Assembly (NCBI GenBank): GCA_964437495.1
Contig: CAYTGV010000009.1
Span: 6,983 to 70,982, forward strand
Direction of reading: 5' to 3'
From: an uncultured Planctomycetia bacterium
GTDB taxonomy: Bacteria; Omnitrophota; Gorgyraeia; B26-G9
Length of the DNA stretch: 64,000 bases
Shown: positions 10,201 to 19,653 of the stretch, piece after piece
How positions within the stretch are numbered: position 1 is the first letter of the stretch
How the letters are laid out: every line of letters starts with the position of its first letter
Notes under the pieces: generated by a model
Databases searched by the model: none
What the model was told of the DNA's origin: nothing
The model's input: only the letters and a program-made list of their open reading frames with translations
Position numbers and translations under genes: made by a program

Positions 10201-13200
10201 CAGTAAGTCCTGGGGAGAAGCAGTAGTGGTCGATGTCAGTGATTTAAGCGGTTTTGCTGAGGCCCTGGGCAGTGTTAAAGGTGATGAGAACTATGAAGTT
10301 GAGTTTGATTTCAACGAAGATGGCGAAATTAATCAGGCTGATATGGATATTTTAGAGGAAGATTTTACTGGTTCTGAAAATATGGTAAATCAGTTCATTA
10401 ACCTTACTGCAGAAAAATCTGATTTAAAAGATTTCGCTAATACTTTTGAATCAAAGGTACTATATAAGGCAACACAAACCGGATATACTGTATATGACAA
10501 ATACGGAAAAGCATCAGAGGTTTATAATTCTGAGCCTATTATTGTTGATGGAGTTACAGTAGCAGACGGTGTTTTAAATCAGAAATATGTTTACAATGAA
10601 AGAGGCTTCATGACCAGATCCGAGTCATATGGGATCAATATGGATGAATACGGAAATGTGCAAATGCAGGAAGATATCCCTGAGGCCTTACTGACTGGTT
10701 ATACCTTGTTTGATGCCGGTTCAAAGCCTACGGAAACCTATTCAGTTTATAATAGTCAGGAACTTGACGATCAAGGTAATCCTTCTATTGATGTAATGTC
10801 TAAAGTACAGGATTATACATATGAAGACGGTTTTCTGATCCAAACAAACAATTATGCCAGAAACGGCGCAGATGCAGGTTATACAACATTTGATAAATAC
10901 GGACGCCAAGAGGCATCATATAATGAAAATGAAGAGCCCCAGAAAACATCAACATATCAGTATTCTAAACAGGGATTTCTTACACAGACAAACAGCTATG
11001 GTTTAAATGGCGCCTATCTTGGAAAAACATTATTTAACAAAAAAAGCAGACCAATTGAATCCTACAACATGACGGGATCAAAAAATACGGAAAAGGGGCT
11101 GACCCAGAAATTTGTATATAATGATTATGGGTTTTTGACAAACAGCATAAGTTATGGAGAAGACCAGATTTTAACCGGACAGACATTTTATAACGGTTAT
11201 GGAAAAGCAATGTATAGCTCTAATGATGTGGGAATTACCAATTCAGCCTATGTATATGATTCAGCTGGATTTCTTGATCACACTCTGGCTCTGTCTTTTG
11301 AAGTAGGCGCAGGGCCTGATGAGGCAACGCATAATAACTTAAATGATTCAGAAGATACATTAAACACTCAGGTGCCTGAGAGCGGTTATTATGTAATCAC
11401 TGGCTATACAGTCTTCGGTGATACATCCAAGCCTGAGGCTGCTTATCAATGCTGGGGATGGACAGGCGATAATCTGCCGGCATACGGCGATGGTGCTAAA
11501 GTACAGGAATACAACTATACAGATGGTTTTCTTACAAGCACTTCAAATTACGGTAAGGATGAAACATTTATAGGTACAACTGTATTTGATAAATACGGAC
11601 GCCAGGAGGCATCATATAATGAAGTTGATGTTGATGGAGACGGCTTAGGTGAGCTTACGACAAAATTCAAATATTCAAAACAGGGTTTTATGAATACATC
11701 CTACAATTATGGCGCAAAAGGTTCTCTTGTTGGAACTACAACTTTCAATAGCTTGGGTAGACCGGAACAAAGCATTAACCAAAGAAAAGCGGTTACTCAA
11801 ACCTTCCATTACAATGAATTTACTGGAGCATTGGATGAAAGTTATTCCTGGGGTGAACCGACAGAGGTTGACGGTGTATCTACTCCAACCTTAACCGGAA
11901 CAACTGAATATGACACCTGGGGAAAAGCACAGACTCAGTTTAATTCCGAAGGCAGCATTGTTGCTAAATATGACTATGATGTGCATGGATTTATGACCCG
12001 CGCGTTTTCGTTCAGCGGCGGTACTGCTACTGATGTAGGAGTATGTACAGGATTTACAAATTATAACGCAGCCGGAAGACCGGAAGGGGCATATTCGGTA
12101 TTTAATCCGACAACTGCGAGCGGCGACTTAATGGGTAGTTGGTACGATGATTATTTCTATCTCGGGGTTGATGAGAATACCATTGGAGTTACAAAGGTAC
12201 AAGATTTCATCTATAACACAGAGGCTGAAGTTGGCGGAGATATCTTGGGGTATATCGGAACTTCTGATACCGGATTTTTGACAATGACAGTCAGTTATGG
12301 TGATAATTACAATGCGGATAACCCATCTGAATCTTTTATGGGATATACGACATTCAATAGATACGGACAACAGGATTATTCCTATAATGAACTAAATGAA
12401 CAGACAACCAAATTTAATTATTCAAGCTCAGGGTTTTTAAGTGAAACCTATAACTATGGTATAGACAAAACATTGACAGGAAAAACTGTTTTCAATGCTA
12501 CGGGAAGACCGGAAGCCTCATATAATGAGAAAGGCGCTTTACTGCAGACTTTCGAATATGTTGGCGGATTTCTTACAGCCAGTACAAGCTATGGTGATCC
12601 TGGAGATTTAGAAGTAGGCGGAATAACAGGAACTACTTCTTATGATATATACGGCAAACAAGACCAATCGCTCAATGCGGAGGGCACCCTTGTAGGTACA
12701 TTTGAATACTCAGTAAACGGTTTTATGACCAAATCCAATACCTGGGGTTATGGATTGGATAATACTACCGGAGAAACTGGCTCTACGATTACTGGCTTTA
12801 CAAATTACGATAACAAGGTCAGACCTGAAAACAGTTATGCTGTATATGAAAGTTGGCTTGGCTACAATGAATCGCTTTCTCAGGTGTTTTCATATGACAA
12901 CGATGGAGAACAAACAGGGTTTGTAACCGGCGCTCAGACATATGTTGTCAATAATGACCATAATTTTGGAACCGATAATATTGCCAATGATATTGATACT
13001 GGAGAGGTATTGCTATCAGGAACTGTCGAATATAACCACTATGGCAGACCAGAACAGACATACAATAAAGAAGGCGCAATAGTCTCAAAGAATATTTATA
13101 GTTCCAATGGTTTTATTACCAAGACTGATAACTATGGTGAGGATGGAAAAAAAGTCGGGTCTCTGTATTTTAGCGATGTTGGCAGGCCTCTTTATGCAAC

Positions 13201-14104
13201 CAATCATTCTGGTGGTGTTACAACAGAATATGTTTACAATAACGCTGGATTCTTGAATCAGACAATCGGATATATCGGCGGATCGATCAATGAAGAAACC
13301 GGAGATATCGAAGGAGTTATGAGCTCATATACAACATTTGATGTCTATTCTAAAGCTCAGGAAACCTTTCAATTGTGGACAATGAGTGAATCATCTGTTA
13401 ACTCGGAATACTATCAATTTGATGAAAATGGTACGGCTAACTATACTATAAACGGTGATGGATCTATCAGCGATGGCGGATTGACCTCAGTGAATCAGAA
13501 TGCTGATATCAGTCACTACAACGCTTTTGGATCGCTATTACAGACTGATAATAAAGGCCGACAGGGAAGCACTGTCAGTTCAACTATGTATGACTCTTTT
13601 TCTAAGCCGACATCTATCTGGAATGATAAAGGTTCGCTTGTTCAGGTTTACCATTATTCCGCACAGGGATTCCTGGATTACTCTATCAGCTATGCTACGA
13701 TGAAGAGCTATAATGATAGAGGAAACCCGGTTGATGATGGTGACTGGGATACAACAACAGAAACCTCAATAACGTTCTTTAACACGTATGGTCAGCAGAC
13801 AAATGGCTATGTTCTTAGCAATGACAGCAGCAGCGGCCAAGAAGGTTGGGACCTGGTTAACTATGTCCAGAATATTGACAATCAAACAGGCCTGGAATTG
13901 GGCGCAAAGCAGAGCGAGTATAAATATGATAATAACGGCTTCTTGTCCCAGACCAAGAACTATCAGGACAAACAGTATATTGGTTATACAACATTCGATC
14001 TAAGCGGAAGACAAGATGAATCATTTAACCAATCAGGTACATTGACCACCACTTACTTATATGATTTAAACGGCTTCTTGAACAAAAGCGCTTCGCATGG
14101 TTAA
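7220..14104 (+). CDS. Giant secreted repeat protein (2,294 aa) built from ~25 divergent YD-like repeats; likely surface/adhesin-type protein
   Basis: RBS GAGAGGAGG. N-terminal signal peptide (IVLVSFLVNALTLGNAFA). ~38-40-aa periodic unit [YxYxxxGF(L/M)xxTxxYG...GxTx(F/Y)DxxGRPxxSYNxxG] recurring along almost the whole length, with a non-repeat insert at ~9100-9560. Confidence 0.85.
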   Translation: MFNSIRSYTYIVLVSFLVNALTLGNAFALDLEAWQDMLMSDEVIQGVFGGVISSQSESGEMDTAVAPAPRVIEQSNGDIAIRFSDSAQASVSTTTEGLTKVTYSMSGARVKVKDLETNEEFEFQYELEGSVVKLVNSSGAVVRQETYNNFGQLLTTKAQGTNTNVYSSDGLNTLVKSIDQWGNETIYDDESRPDFAQYIEVDGTVVVFRNYTFDNIGILESIVDENGNSITFLADGIRVDEIRNFAGTLTSSYQYDDVSGNLISVTDHVSDSITIVDGGQYTQTYDIVPVLDDNNNPVLDAGNEPVTELVLKGTYNYDVAGNVSAITNIGEEGCVTGWTDYDEFGRISGTYNHEGALVQSYMYNDHGFLQQTMSLGDAQTVVSVTKFDLKGRPMEVWQIGNGGNKVKIQEYVYKENGLLDTTFSLGILRGTDETNETTFNKPIDTNGNLVTDGRFTYFTTSTTEYDKKGRPSTVYSIVRNDNGDYISGYDDNGDVITTADSTQALLEKQQSYSYDKRGFLSKTTSYGFNNRATSTTQFDRYGRPEKSFNAQGEQTQEYVYNLDGFLVQTKNFGENGVQTGYTNYDAKGKPTDVYNHLDTLTQKYVYDENGLMVMSLNLNGTDGVNSEIISTMSDVELIAAMWDDSFSAEVLAGIGAYNEIEGDGIPALNEALMTAIWDENNEHTTDFKKKCAMMLIKTFSDGAKGGNQYLINDVGSAYHMLGQFLEEEGNNEGAVAAYKIQASEFTGAMAIADGVSVSVTAWSTDRLVNMTDANGDPVAVNTAVVTGYTIFGGDSKPISSYQCYDDGVNGLQVTKVQDYDYSYEATKKIIVGYDTDNKPIYEKITFTQFSNFVRKTINYGDYEDTNANGTVGDAGDVQVTTGFTVFDNYGRQLETYNEDGNVVQKYSYSKSGFLNFTYSYGKDKALTGTTVFDNYSRPIASFNAYGKATRIPADLIAALADGLSIADIENPEWQPFLKGLTQTFEYGTDGLLATSKSWGEAVVVDVSDLSGFAEALGSVKGDENYEVEFDFNEDGEINQADMDILEEDFTGSENMVNQFINLTAEKSDLKDFANTFESKVLYKATQTGYTVYDKYGKASEVYNSEPIIVDGVTVADGVLNQKYVYNERGFMTRSESYGINMDEYGNVQMQEDIPEALLTGYTLFDAGSKPTETYSVYNSQELDDQGNPSIDVMSKVQDYTYEDGFLIQTNNYARNGADAGYTTFDKYGRQEASYNENEEPQKTSTYQYSKQGFLTQTNSYGLNGAYLGKTLFNKKSRPIESYNMTGSKNTEKGLTQKFVYNDYGFLTNSISYGEDQILTGQTFYNGYGKAMYSSNDVGITNSAYVYDSAGFLDHTLALSFEVGAGPDEATHNNLNDSEDTLNTQVPESGYYVITGYTVFGDTSKPEAAYQCWGWTGDNLPAYGDGAKVQEYNYTDGFLTSTSNYGKDETFIGTTVFDKYGRQEASYNEVDVDGDGLGELTTKFKYSKQGFMNTSYNYGAKGSLVGTTTFNSLGRPEQSINQRKAVTQTFHYNEFTGALDESYSWGEPTEVDGVSTPTLTGTTEYDTWGKAQTQFNSEGSIVAKYDYDVHGFMTRAFSFSGGTATDVGVCTGFTNYNAAGRPEGAYSVFNPTTASGDLMGSWYDDYFYLGVDENTIGVTKVQDFIYNTEAEVGGDILGYIGTSDTGFLTMTVSYGDNYNADNPSESFMGYTTFNRYGQQDYSYNELNEQTTKFNYSSSGFLSETYNYGIDKTLTGKTVFNATGRPEASYNEKGALLQTFEYVGGFLTASTSYGDPGDLEVGGITGTTSYDIYGKQDQSLNAEGTLVGTFEYSVNGFMTKSNTWGYGLDNTTGETGSTITGFTNYDNKVRPENSYAVYESWLGYNESLSQVFSYDNDGEQTGFVTGAQTYVVNNDHNFGTDNIANDIDTGEVLLSGTVEYNHYGRPEQTYNKEGAIVSKNIYSSNGFITKTDNYGEDGKKVGSLYFSDVGRPLYATNHSGGVTTEYVYNNAGFLNQTIGYIGGSINEETGDIEGVMSSYTTFDVYSKAQETFQLWTMSESSVNSEYYQFDENGTANYTINGDGSISDGGLTSVNQNADISHYNAFGSLLQTDNKGRQGSTVSSTMYDSFSKPTSIWNDKGSLVQVYHYSAQGFLDYSISYATMKSYNDRGNPVDDGDWDTTTETSITFFNTYGQQTNGYVLSNDSSSGQEGWDLVNYVQNIDNQTGLELGAKQSEYKYDNNGFLSQTKNYQDKQYIGYTTFDLSGRQDESFNQSGTLTTTYLYDLNGFLNKSASHG

Positions 14105-14140
14105 TTAAAAGCAGATTGAATGTCCAATATCAATTCTCAC

Positions 14141-14176
14141 AACCCCCTGCCCTTAGGGCAGGGGGTTGTATTTTAT
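14141..14176 (+). terminator. Rho-independent terminator of the giant gene
   Basis: AACCCCCTGCCC-TTA-GGGCAGGGGGTT, a 12-bp GC-rich stem, followed by GTATTTT. Confidence 0.7.
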
Positions 14177-14402
14177 ATATCTTTTGGTTAAGTAAGCTAA
14201 AGGAAGATTGTCTGATGGGAATTCTTAATTGGTTAAAATAATTCATAAATCATTAAGCCATAGAGCCCTATTTAACCTAATTAAGGATGTCCCTCTTTTT
14301 TACTTGAATAAAACCCATTCTTGTTGTAAAATAATGAGTCTGATAGAAAATTTTATATGTTGAATTATTTTTATTGCCTTCCTTGATTTAAGGAAAACTA
14401 AC

Positions 14403-15245
14403 ATGCTAATTTTACAGGTAGTTATGAATTTTAATTTTAGGGATATTTTTTTAGAAAAAAAAAGCCGCAGTAAATTGTTTTTGATCTGTGGGCCTTGTGT
14501 GATTGAATCCGAAAAAATTGCTTTAGAACACGCGGCAATTTTAAAGGATATTTGCACTAAGCTTAATATTCTTTTTATTTTTAAATCCAGCTTTGACAAG
14601 GCTAATCGAACCTCAATTAATTCCTTCCGGGGGCCCGGGATAAAAAAGGGGTTGAGTATTCTCAAGAAAATCAGAACTCAAATCCGTGTGCCTGTTACCA
14701 GCGATGTCCATCAGGTAAGCGAAGTAGCGGCGGCTAAATCTGTTCTGGATATTATACAAATTCCGGCATTACTCTCAAGGCAAACCGATTTATTAGTAGC
14801 TGCGGCTAAAAGCAAAAAAATTGTAAATGTAAAAAAGGGGCAGTTCATGGCTCCGGATGATATGAAAAATGTAATAAAAAAGATTGAATCATCGGGAAAT
14901 AAAAAAATCATTATTACTGAGCGGGGCACAAGCTTCGGCTATCATAATCTGGTTAGCGACATGCGTTCAATAGCGATTATGAACAATTTCGGGTATCCGG
15001 TTGTATTTGACGCAACTCATAGTGTACAGCTGCCAAGTGCAGGTAATGGTATTTCCAGCGGTCAGAGAGAATTTGCGCCGGTTTTGAGCCTGAGTGCTGT
15101 TGCCGCAGGCGCACAGGGATTATTTCTTGAAGTACACAAATCACCTGAAAAAGCCCTATGTGACGGTCCAAATATGCTAACTCCACATGAACTTGAGAGG
15201 CTGCTGGTAAAAGCAATTAAAATACGGGAGATTGTCAATGATTGA
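14403..15245 (+). CDS. kdsA: 2-dehydro-3-deoxyphosphooctonate aldolase (KDO-8-P synthase); the start may be the in-frame ATG at 14424
   Basis: LFLICGPCVIESE...VPVTSDVH...DATHSVQLP motifs of KdsA. Confidence 0.9.
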   Translation: MLILQVVMNFNFRDIFLEKKSRSKLFLICGPCVIESEKIALEHAAILKDICTKLNILFIFKSSFDKANRTSINSFRGPGIKKGLSILKKIRTQIRVPVTSDVHQVSEVAAAKSVLDIIQIPALLSRQTDLLVAAAKSKKIVNVKKGQFMAPDDMKNVIKKIESSGNKKIIITERGTSFGYHNLVSDMRSIAIMNNFGYPVVFDATHSVQLPSAGNGISSGQREFAPVLSLSAVAAGAQGLFLEVHKSPEKALCDGPNMLTPHELERLLVKAIKIREIVND

Positions 15246-16206
15246 GAAAAATTCTTTAAAAATTGCTAAAAATGTCCTGCGCACGGAAGCAAAAGCAATA
15301 ATAGATCTACTGCCTAGTATAAATAAGGATTTTGAAAAAGCAGTTGAGGCAATTGCCAAATGTAGGGGCATGGTAGTTATTACCGGAATGGGGAAACCCG
15401 GACTTATTGGGGGCAAGATCTCTGCTACCCTGGCAAGCCTCGGGGTGCCAAGCCATTTTTTGCATCCTGCCGAGGCAGTCCATGGAGACCTTGGACGTGT
15501 TACCAGTGATGATCTAGTTATCGCAATTTCAAATAGCGGCAAAACAGAAGAAATAACAAGGCTACTGCCTTTAATAAAAAAAATAGGGGCAAAATTAATC
15601 GCCTTGACTGGCAATCTGAAATCTCCTTTGGCAAAATACAGCGATATTGTACTTAATGTCGGCGTAAAAAAAGAGGCATGTCCTTTTAATCTAGCGCCAA
15701 CGGCAAGCACTACAGCAACTTTAGCTATGGGAGATGCTCTTGCCGTAGCTGCCTTAATAAAAAGAGGGTTTAAGGTTGAAGATTATGCCTTTTATCATCC
15801 CGGAGGAAGCCTGGGTAAAAAGCTGCTTAAAGTTAAAGATCTTATGCGCAAAGGCAAACAGAGCCCGATTGTAAATAAAAAGACTACATTGAAAACAGTT
15901 TTGATCCAAATAACTAAGTCCCGCGCCGGCTCTGCAACTGTTGTTAATGATAAAAAACAGCTCTGCGGCATTTTTACAGACGGAGACCTGCGGCGTCATA
16001 TTGAAAACGATGAGCATATATTAAGCCGTCATGTCAATGATGTTATGACGAAAAACCCTGTCTCAATTAATAGGGAACATCTAGCTATTGAAGCTCTTAA
16101 AATTTTAAAAGACAAAAGGATCGATGAGATACCTGTAGTAGATGATAAAATGCGTCCGGTGGGTCTTTTAGATGTGCAGGATTTACTGAAAGCAGGAATT
16201 GTATGA
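15232..16206 (+). CDS. kdsD: Arabinose-5-phosphate isomerase (SIS domain + tandem CBS)
   Basis: SIS motif VVITGMGKPG. C-terminal CBS pair. Coupled to kdsA and kdsC. Confidence 0.9.
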   Translation: MSMIEKNSLKIAKNVLRTEAKAIIDLLPSINKDFEKAVEAIAKCRGMVVITGMGKPGLIGGKISATLASLGVPSHFLHPAEAVHGDLGRVTSDDLVIAISNSGKTEEITRLLPLIKKIGAKLIALTGNLKSPLAKYSDIVLNVGVKKEACPFNLAPTASTTATLAMGDALAVAALIKRGFKVEDYAFYHPGGSLGKKLLKVKDLMRKGKQSPIVNKKTTLKTVLIQITKSRAGSATVVNDKKQLCGIFTDGDLRRHIENDEHILSRHVNDVMTKNPVSINREHLAIEALKILKDKRIDEIPVVDDKMRPVGLLDVQDLLKAGIV

Positions 16207-16730
16207 ATGCATCTATCAAGGATAAGGCAAAAAAAATAAAGGTTGTTATTAGTGATGTTGACGGAGTGCTTACCAACGGCTTAATTGCTTACGGCAATTA
16301 TAAGGACGAATACAGAGAATTTAATGTGCATGATGGATTTGGATTTATACTGCTAAAAAAAACAGGGATAAAAACCGCTATTATAACAAGTAAATCCTCT
16401 AATGCACTAAGCCGGCGGGCAAAAGAGCTCTCGGTTAATATGCTTTGTCAAAACGCTAAGAAAAAATTACCTTTTTTTAAGAAAGTTCTGAAAAAATTAA
16501 AATTAAAACCTGAAGATGCCTGTTATATAGGAGATGATTTGCTTGACTTGGCAACGCTTAAGGCTGCCGGTTTTGCAGTAAGTCTACCGAATGCAAGTAA
16601 GGATGTTAAAAAATGCGCGGATTATATAACGGAAAAAAACGCAGGATGCGGAGCGTTCAGAGAGCTTGTTGAAATTATCTTAAAATCCCAGAATAAATGG
16701 ACAGGGATTGTTGAATATTATAGCAGTTAA
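16203..16730 (+). CDS. kdsC: KDO-8-phosphate phosphatase (HAD family)
   Basis: VVISDVDGVLTNG HAD motif I. 175 aa. Confidence 0.85.
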   Translation: MNASIKDKAKKIKVVISDVDGVLTNGLIAYGNYKDEYREFNVHDGFGFILLKKTGIKTAIITSKSSNALSRRAKELSVNMLCQNAKKKLPFFKKVLKKLKLKPEDACYIGDDLLDLATLKAAGFAVSLPNASKDVKKCADYITEKNAGCGAFRELVEIILKSQNKWTGIVEYYSS

Positions 16731-16756
16731 TCAAGATTTTAGGAATAGGATATATA

Positions 16757-17485
16757 ATGGAAAATCACTTGCTTCGTACTGAACAAATCGCAAAAGCATA
16801 TAAAAAGAAGCAGATTGTTAGAGAAGTAGATATCTCCATTGGCAGGGCTGAGGTTGTGGGGCTTTTAGGCCCAAATGGGGCCGGCAAAACAACTACGTTT
16901 TATATGATCGTAGGCTTAATCACTCCGGATAAGGGTAAAATATTTTTTGATAATCGCGAAATTACACATATGGCCATGTATAAGCGCGCGCGTTACGGGA
17001 TCGGCTACCTTTCTCAAGAGCCTTCAATCTTCAGAAAACTTTCTGTGGAAGAAAATATTATGTCTGTATTGGAAACCCTGCCTATTCGAAAAGCAGAACG
17101 AAAAAAACGCCTTGAACAGCTTTTAGAAGAATTACACATGAGCCAATTAGCAAAAAGCAAGGCCTATACATTATCCGGCGGTGAAAGAAGACGCCTAGAG
17201 ATCACCAGATGCCTGGTTACAAACCCTTCTTTTATTTTGCTTGATGAGCCTTTCAGCGGAGTGGATCCGATCGCTGTATTTGAAGTGCAACAAATCATTG
17301 CCGATCTAAAGAAAAAAGGATTAGGCATTTTACTTACAGACCATAATGTCAGGGAAACCCTAAGTATCACAGACCGGAGCTATATTATGCATGAAGGAAA
17401 AATACTTCTTTCCGGGACTGCACAGGAATTGATAGACAATCCTGAAGCTAAGAAAATTTATTTGGGTGAAAAATTTGCTATGTAG
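16757..17485 (+). CDS. lptB: LPS export ABC transporter ATP-binding protein
   Basis: Matches E. coli LptB along its length (GLLGPNGAGKTTTFYM...ARYGIGYLSQEPSIFRKLSVEEN...LSGGERRRLEI). Confidence 0.9.
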   Translation: MENHLLRTEQIAKAYKKKQIVREVDISIGRAEVVGLLGPNGAGKTTTFYMIVGLITPDKGKIFFDNREITHMAMYKRARYGIGYLSQEPSIFRKLSVEENIMSVLETLPIRKAERKKRLEQLLEELHMSQLAKSKAYTLSGGERRRLEITRCLVTNPSFILLDEPFSGVDPIAVFEVQQIIADLKKKGLGILLTDHNVRETLSITDRSYIMHEGKILLSGTAQELIDNPEAKKIYLGEKFAM

Positions 17486-17556
17486 CACTCTTCTTGACGA
17501 ATAAATAGAAAGATGCTATGATTGCAACAATGTTTAGTAAAAAAGGAGGGAATGCA

Positions 17557-17913
17557 GTGGAACTTAGAATCAGTGGAAGACATTTTGAAATAACAGATAA
17601 TTTAAAAGAGCATGTGCGGAAAAAGACAGAAGGCTTCGAAAAATACCTGCATAATATTATTGATGTGCATGCTATTTTAAGTGTGGAAAAATACAGAAAA
17701 ACCGCTGAAATATCTGTGTTAGGAAAAAAGCTCAAGATCACGGAAAAAAGTATGGATACAGATATGTTTGCTTCAATTGATAAGGTTTGTACACGTATTG
17801 AAAAAACTCTGCGCAGGCATAAAGAAAAAACCAAGACGCATCGAATAAAAAATAATATCAAATCTTCCGACTTTGTCTCTGATGAGACAAACGAAGAAAG
17901 GGGTGAATCATGA
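17557..17913 (+). CDS. hpf: Ribosome hibernation promoting factor (HPF/RaiA), short form
   Basis: ELRISGRHFEITDNLKEHV matches the Hpf N-terminus. I chose the GTG start 7 nt after AAGGAGG. The tracked ORF begins at 17518. Confidence 0.8.
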   Translation: MELRISGRHFEITDNLKEHVRKKTEGFEKYLHNIIDVHAILSVEKYRKTAEISVLGKKLKITEKSMDTDMFASIDKVCTRIEKTLRRHKEKTKTHRIKNNIKSSDFVSDETNEERGES

Positions 17914-18371
17914 AAATAATGGATTTTTTAAACGAAAATGCAGTTTGTGCTAATGTTAAAGCAACAACAAAGGACGAAGTAATTGAAGAATTACTTGAGC
18001 TGCTTTTAAAAGCGCATGTTATAAAAGACAAGAAAAAATTAATCAAGATACTTCTTGACCGCGAAGCATTAGGATCAACAGGGATCGGTCAGGGTGTAGC
18101 TATTCCTCATGGTAAATCCTCAAGCGTTAAACAGCTAGTCGCTGCCTTTGGGATTTCGGAAAAAGGAGTCGACTTTGATTCTCTTGACGGTGAAAAGGTT
18201 TATATTTTCTTTTTACTGGTTGCTCCAGAGGATTCAGCCGGACCTCATCTTAAGGCCTTGGCAAGGATTTCGCGTCTTTTGAAAGATAGGTACTTTAGAG
18301 ATACTTTAAAACTAGCAAAAGATGAAAAGACTTTGCTTAAGATACTTAAAGAGGAAGACTCTAAAAAGTAG
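17910..18371 (+). CDS. ptsN: PTS IIA-Ntr (nitrogen regulatory EIIA)
   Basis: EIIA type-2 fold with active-site GQGVAIPHGK. Conserved hpf-ptsN order. Confidence 0.8.
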   Translation: MKIMDFLNENAVCANVKATTKDEVIEELLELLLKAHVIKDKKKLIKILLDREALGSTGIGQGVAIPHGKSSSVKQLVAAFGISEKGVDFDSLDGEKVYIFFLLVAPEDSAGPHLKALARISRLLKDRYFRDTLKLAKDEKTLLKILKEEDSKK

Positions 18372-18378
18372 GCCTAAA

Positions 18379-19629
18379 ATGCGAATGCTAAAGTGGTTAT
18401 ATCCTGGAATGGGGGTTAAACGCTGGATAATCCTGAGTACTTTGGGGATTATGTTAGTCGTTTTAGGCACAATTGACAGTGTTAATGAGTTTAAAAATCA
18501 AAGTATTCCGGTTATAGGAATACTGTTGGTGATTTTCGGAATAATACTAATATTTACCGGCATTAAAAGAATGGTTAAATCATTTGTAGGAATTTTCATG
18601 CCGGTTCATAAAGAAAATGAACTAGTTGATCTGATTTATAAAAAAAGACAGCTAAGCCGAGGCCCAAAAATCGTTGTTATGGGCGGCGGTACCGGGCTAT
18701 CTGTTCTTTTACATGGATTAAAGGAGTACACATCAAACCTGACTGCAATTGTCACTGTTTCTGATGATGGCGGAAGTTCCGGACGATTAAGGCAGCAATT
18801 TAATATTTTACCGCCTGGGGATATTCGAAACTGCCTGGTAGCGCTTGCTGATGCTGAGCCATTAATGCGAGATTTATTTCAGTTCCGGTTTCAGGAAGGA
18901 ACAGAATTAGCCGGACACAATTTTGGTAACCTATTTATTACTGTTATGACCCAGGTTATCGGTGACTTTGACAAGGCAATAAAAGAATCCAGCAAGGTTT
19001 TGGCTATCAGGGGACAGGTAATACCTTCAACTTTAAAAAGAATAATCTTAATGGCAAAGCATGTTGATGGTACCAAGACCTATGGGGAAACCAAGATATC
19101 AAAAAGTACCAGCCCGATTAAAAGAGTACATCTTATGCCAGAGAATTGTCTGCCTACAGATGATGCTCTGAATGCTATAGCAGATGCTGAGGCAATTATT
19201 CTCGGCCCCGGTAGCCTATATACAAGTGTTTTACCGAATCTGCTGGTTAGAAACATCCCTGATGCCATAGCGGCATCAAGTGCTGTAAAGGTTTATATTT
19301 GTAATGTAATGACTCAGTCCGGTGAAACAGATAGTTTTACGGCCTATGACCATGTTAAAGCTATTCAAGAGCACACGGAAAAGAATATTATAGATTATTG
19401 TATTGTAAATAAGGGAGTTGTGCCGAACAGATTTCTCGAAAAATACAAAAGAGAGAATGCAGTTCCTGTGAAACCGGATATTGAAAAGATCAGAAGTGCC
19501 GGCATTAAGGTGCTTGCGGATAATGTTATCAACACCGAAGATCATGTGCGCCATGACGCGGAAAAAATTGCCAAAAATATAATTAAATTAATATTGGAGC
19601 TCAAAGAAAAAGGCTCTGTATTTGTATAA
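18379..19629 (+). CDS. YvcK/CofD-like gluconeogenesis-factor family protein (UPF0052) with an N-terminal two-helix membrane anchor
   Basis: KIVVMGGGTGLSVLLHGLK...VSDDGGSSGRLR core, preceded by ~90 aa with two hydrophobic helices. Start trimmed to the ATG after the ptsN stop. Confidence 0.75.
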   Translation: MRMLKWLYPGMGVKRWIILSTLGIMLVVLGTIDSVNEFKNQSIPVIGILLVIFGIILIFTGIKRMVKSFVGIFMPVHKENELVDLIYKKRQLSRGPKIVVMGGGTGLSVLLHGLKEYTSNLTAIVTVSDDGGSSGRLRQQFNILPPGDIRNCLVALADAEPLMRDLFQFRFQEGTELAGHNFGNLFITVMTQVIGDFDKAIKESSKVLAIRGQVIPSTLKRIILMAKHVDGTKTYGETKISKSTSPIKRVHLMPENCLPTDDALNAIADAEAIILGPGSLYTSVLPNLLVRNIPDAIAASSAVKVYICNVMTQSGETDSFTAYDHVKAIQEHTEKNIIDYCIVNKGVVPNRFLEKYKRENAVPVKPDIEKIRSAGIKVLADNVINTEDHVRHDAEKIAKNIIKLILELKEKGSVFV

Positions 19630-19653
19630 AAGAAAGGGATTGATTTAATAATA

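Noticed and set aside
7730-13703. Short ORFs on either strand inside the giant gene (e.g. 7730..7981 -, 8736..9011 +, 9602..9931 -, 12128..12370 -, 13500..13703 +)
   Set aside because: They are fully embedded in a strongly supported 6.9-kb CDS, have no RBS, and have low-complexity translations. Frame-shadow artefacts.
7220-14104. Rhs/teneurin-type polymorphic toxin
   Set aside because: The repeats are YD-like, but there is no PxxxxDPxGL RHS core, no C-terminal variable toxin domain and no downstream immunity ORF. The protein ends within a repeat.
17485-17557. Expected rpoN between lptB and hpf
   Set aside because: Only ~70 nt separate lptB and hpf; no room for a sigma-54 gene. Noted as an absence, not a feature.
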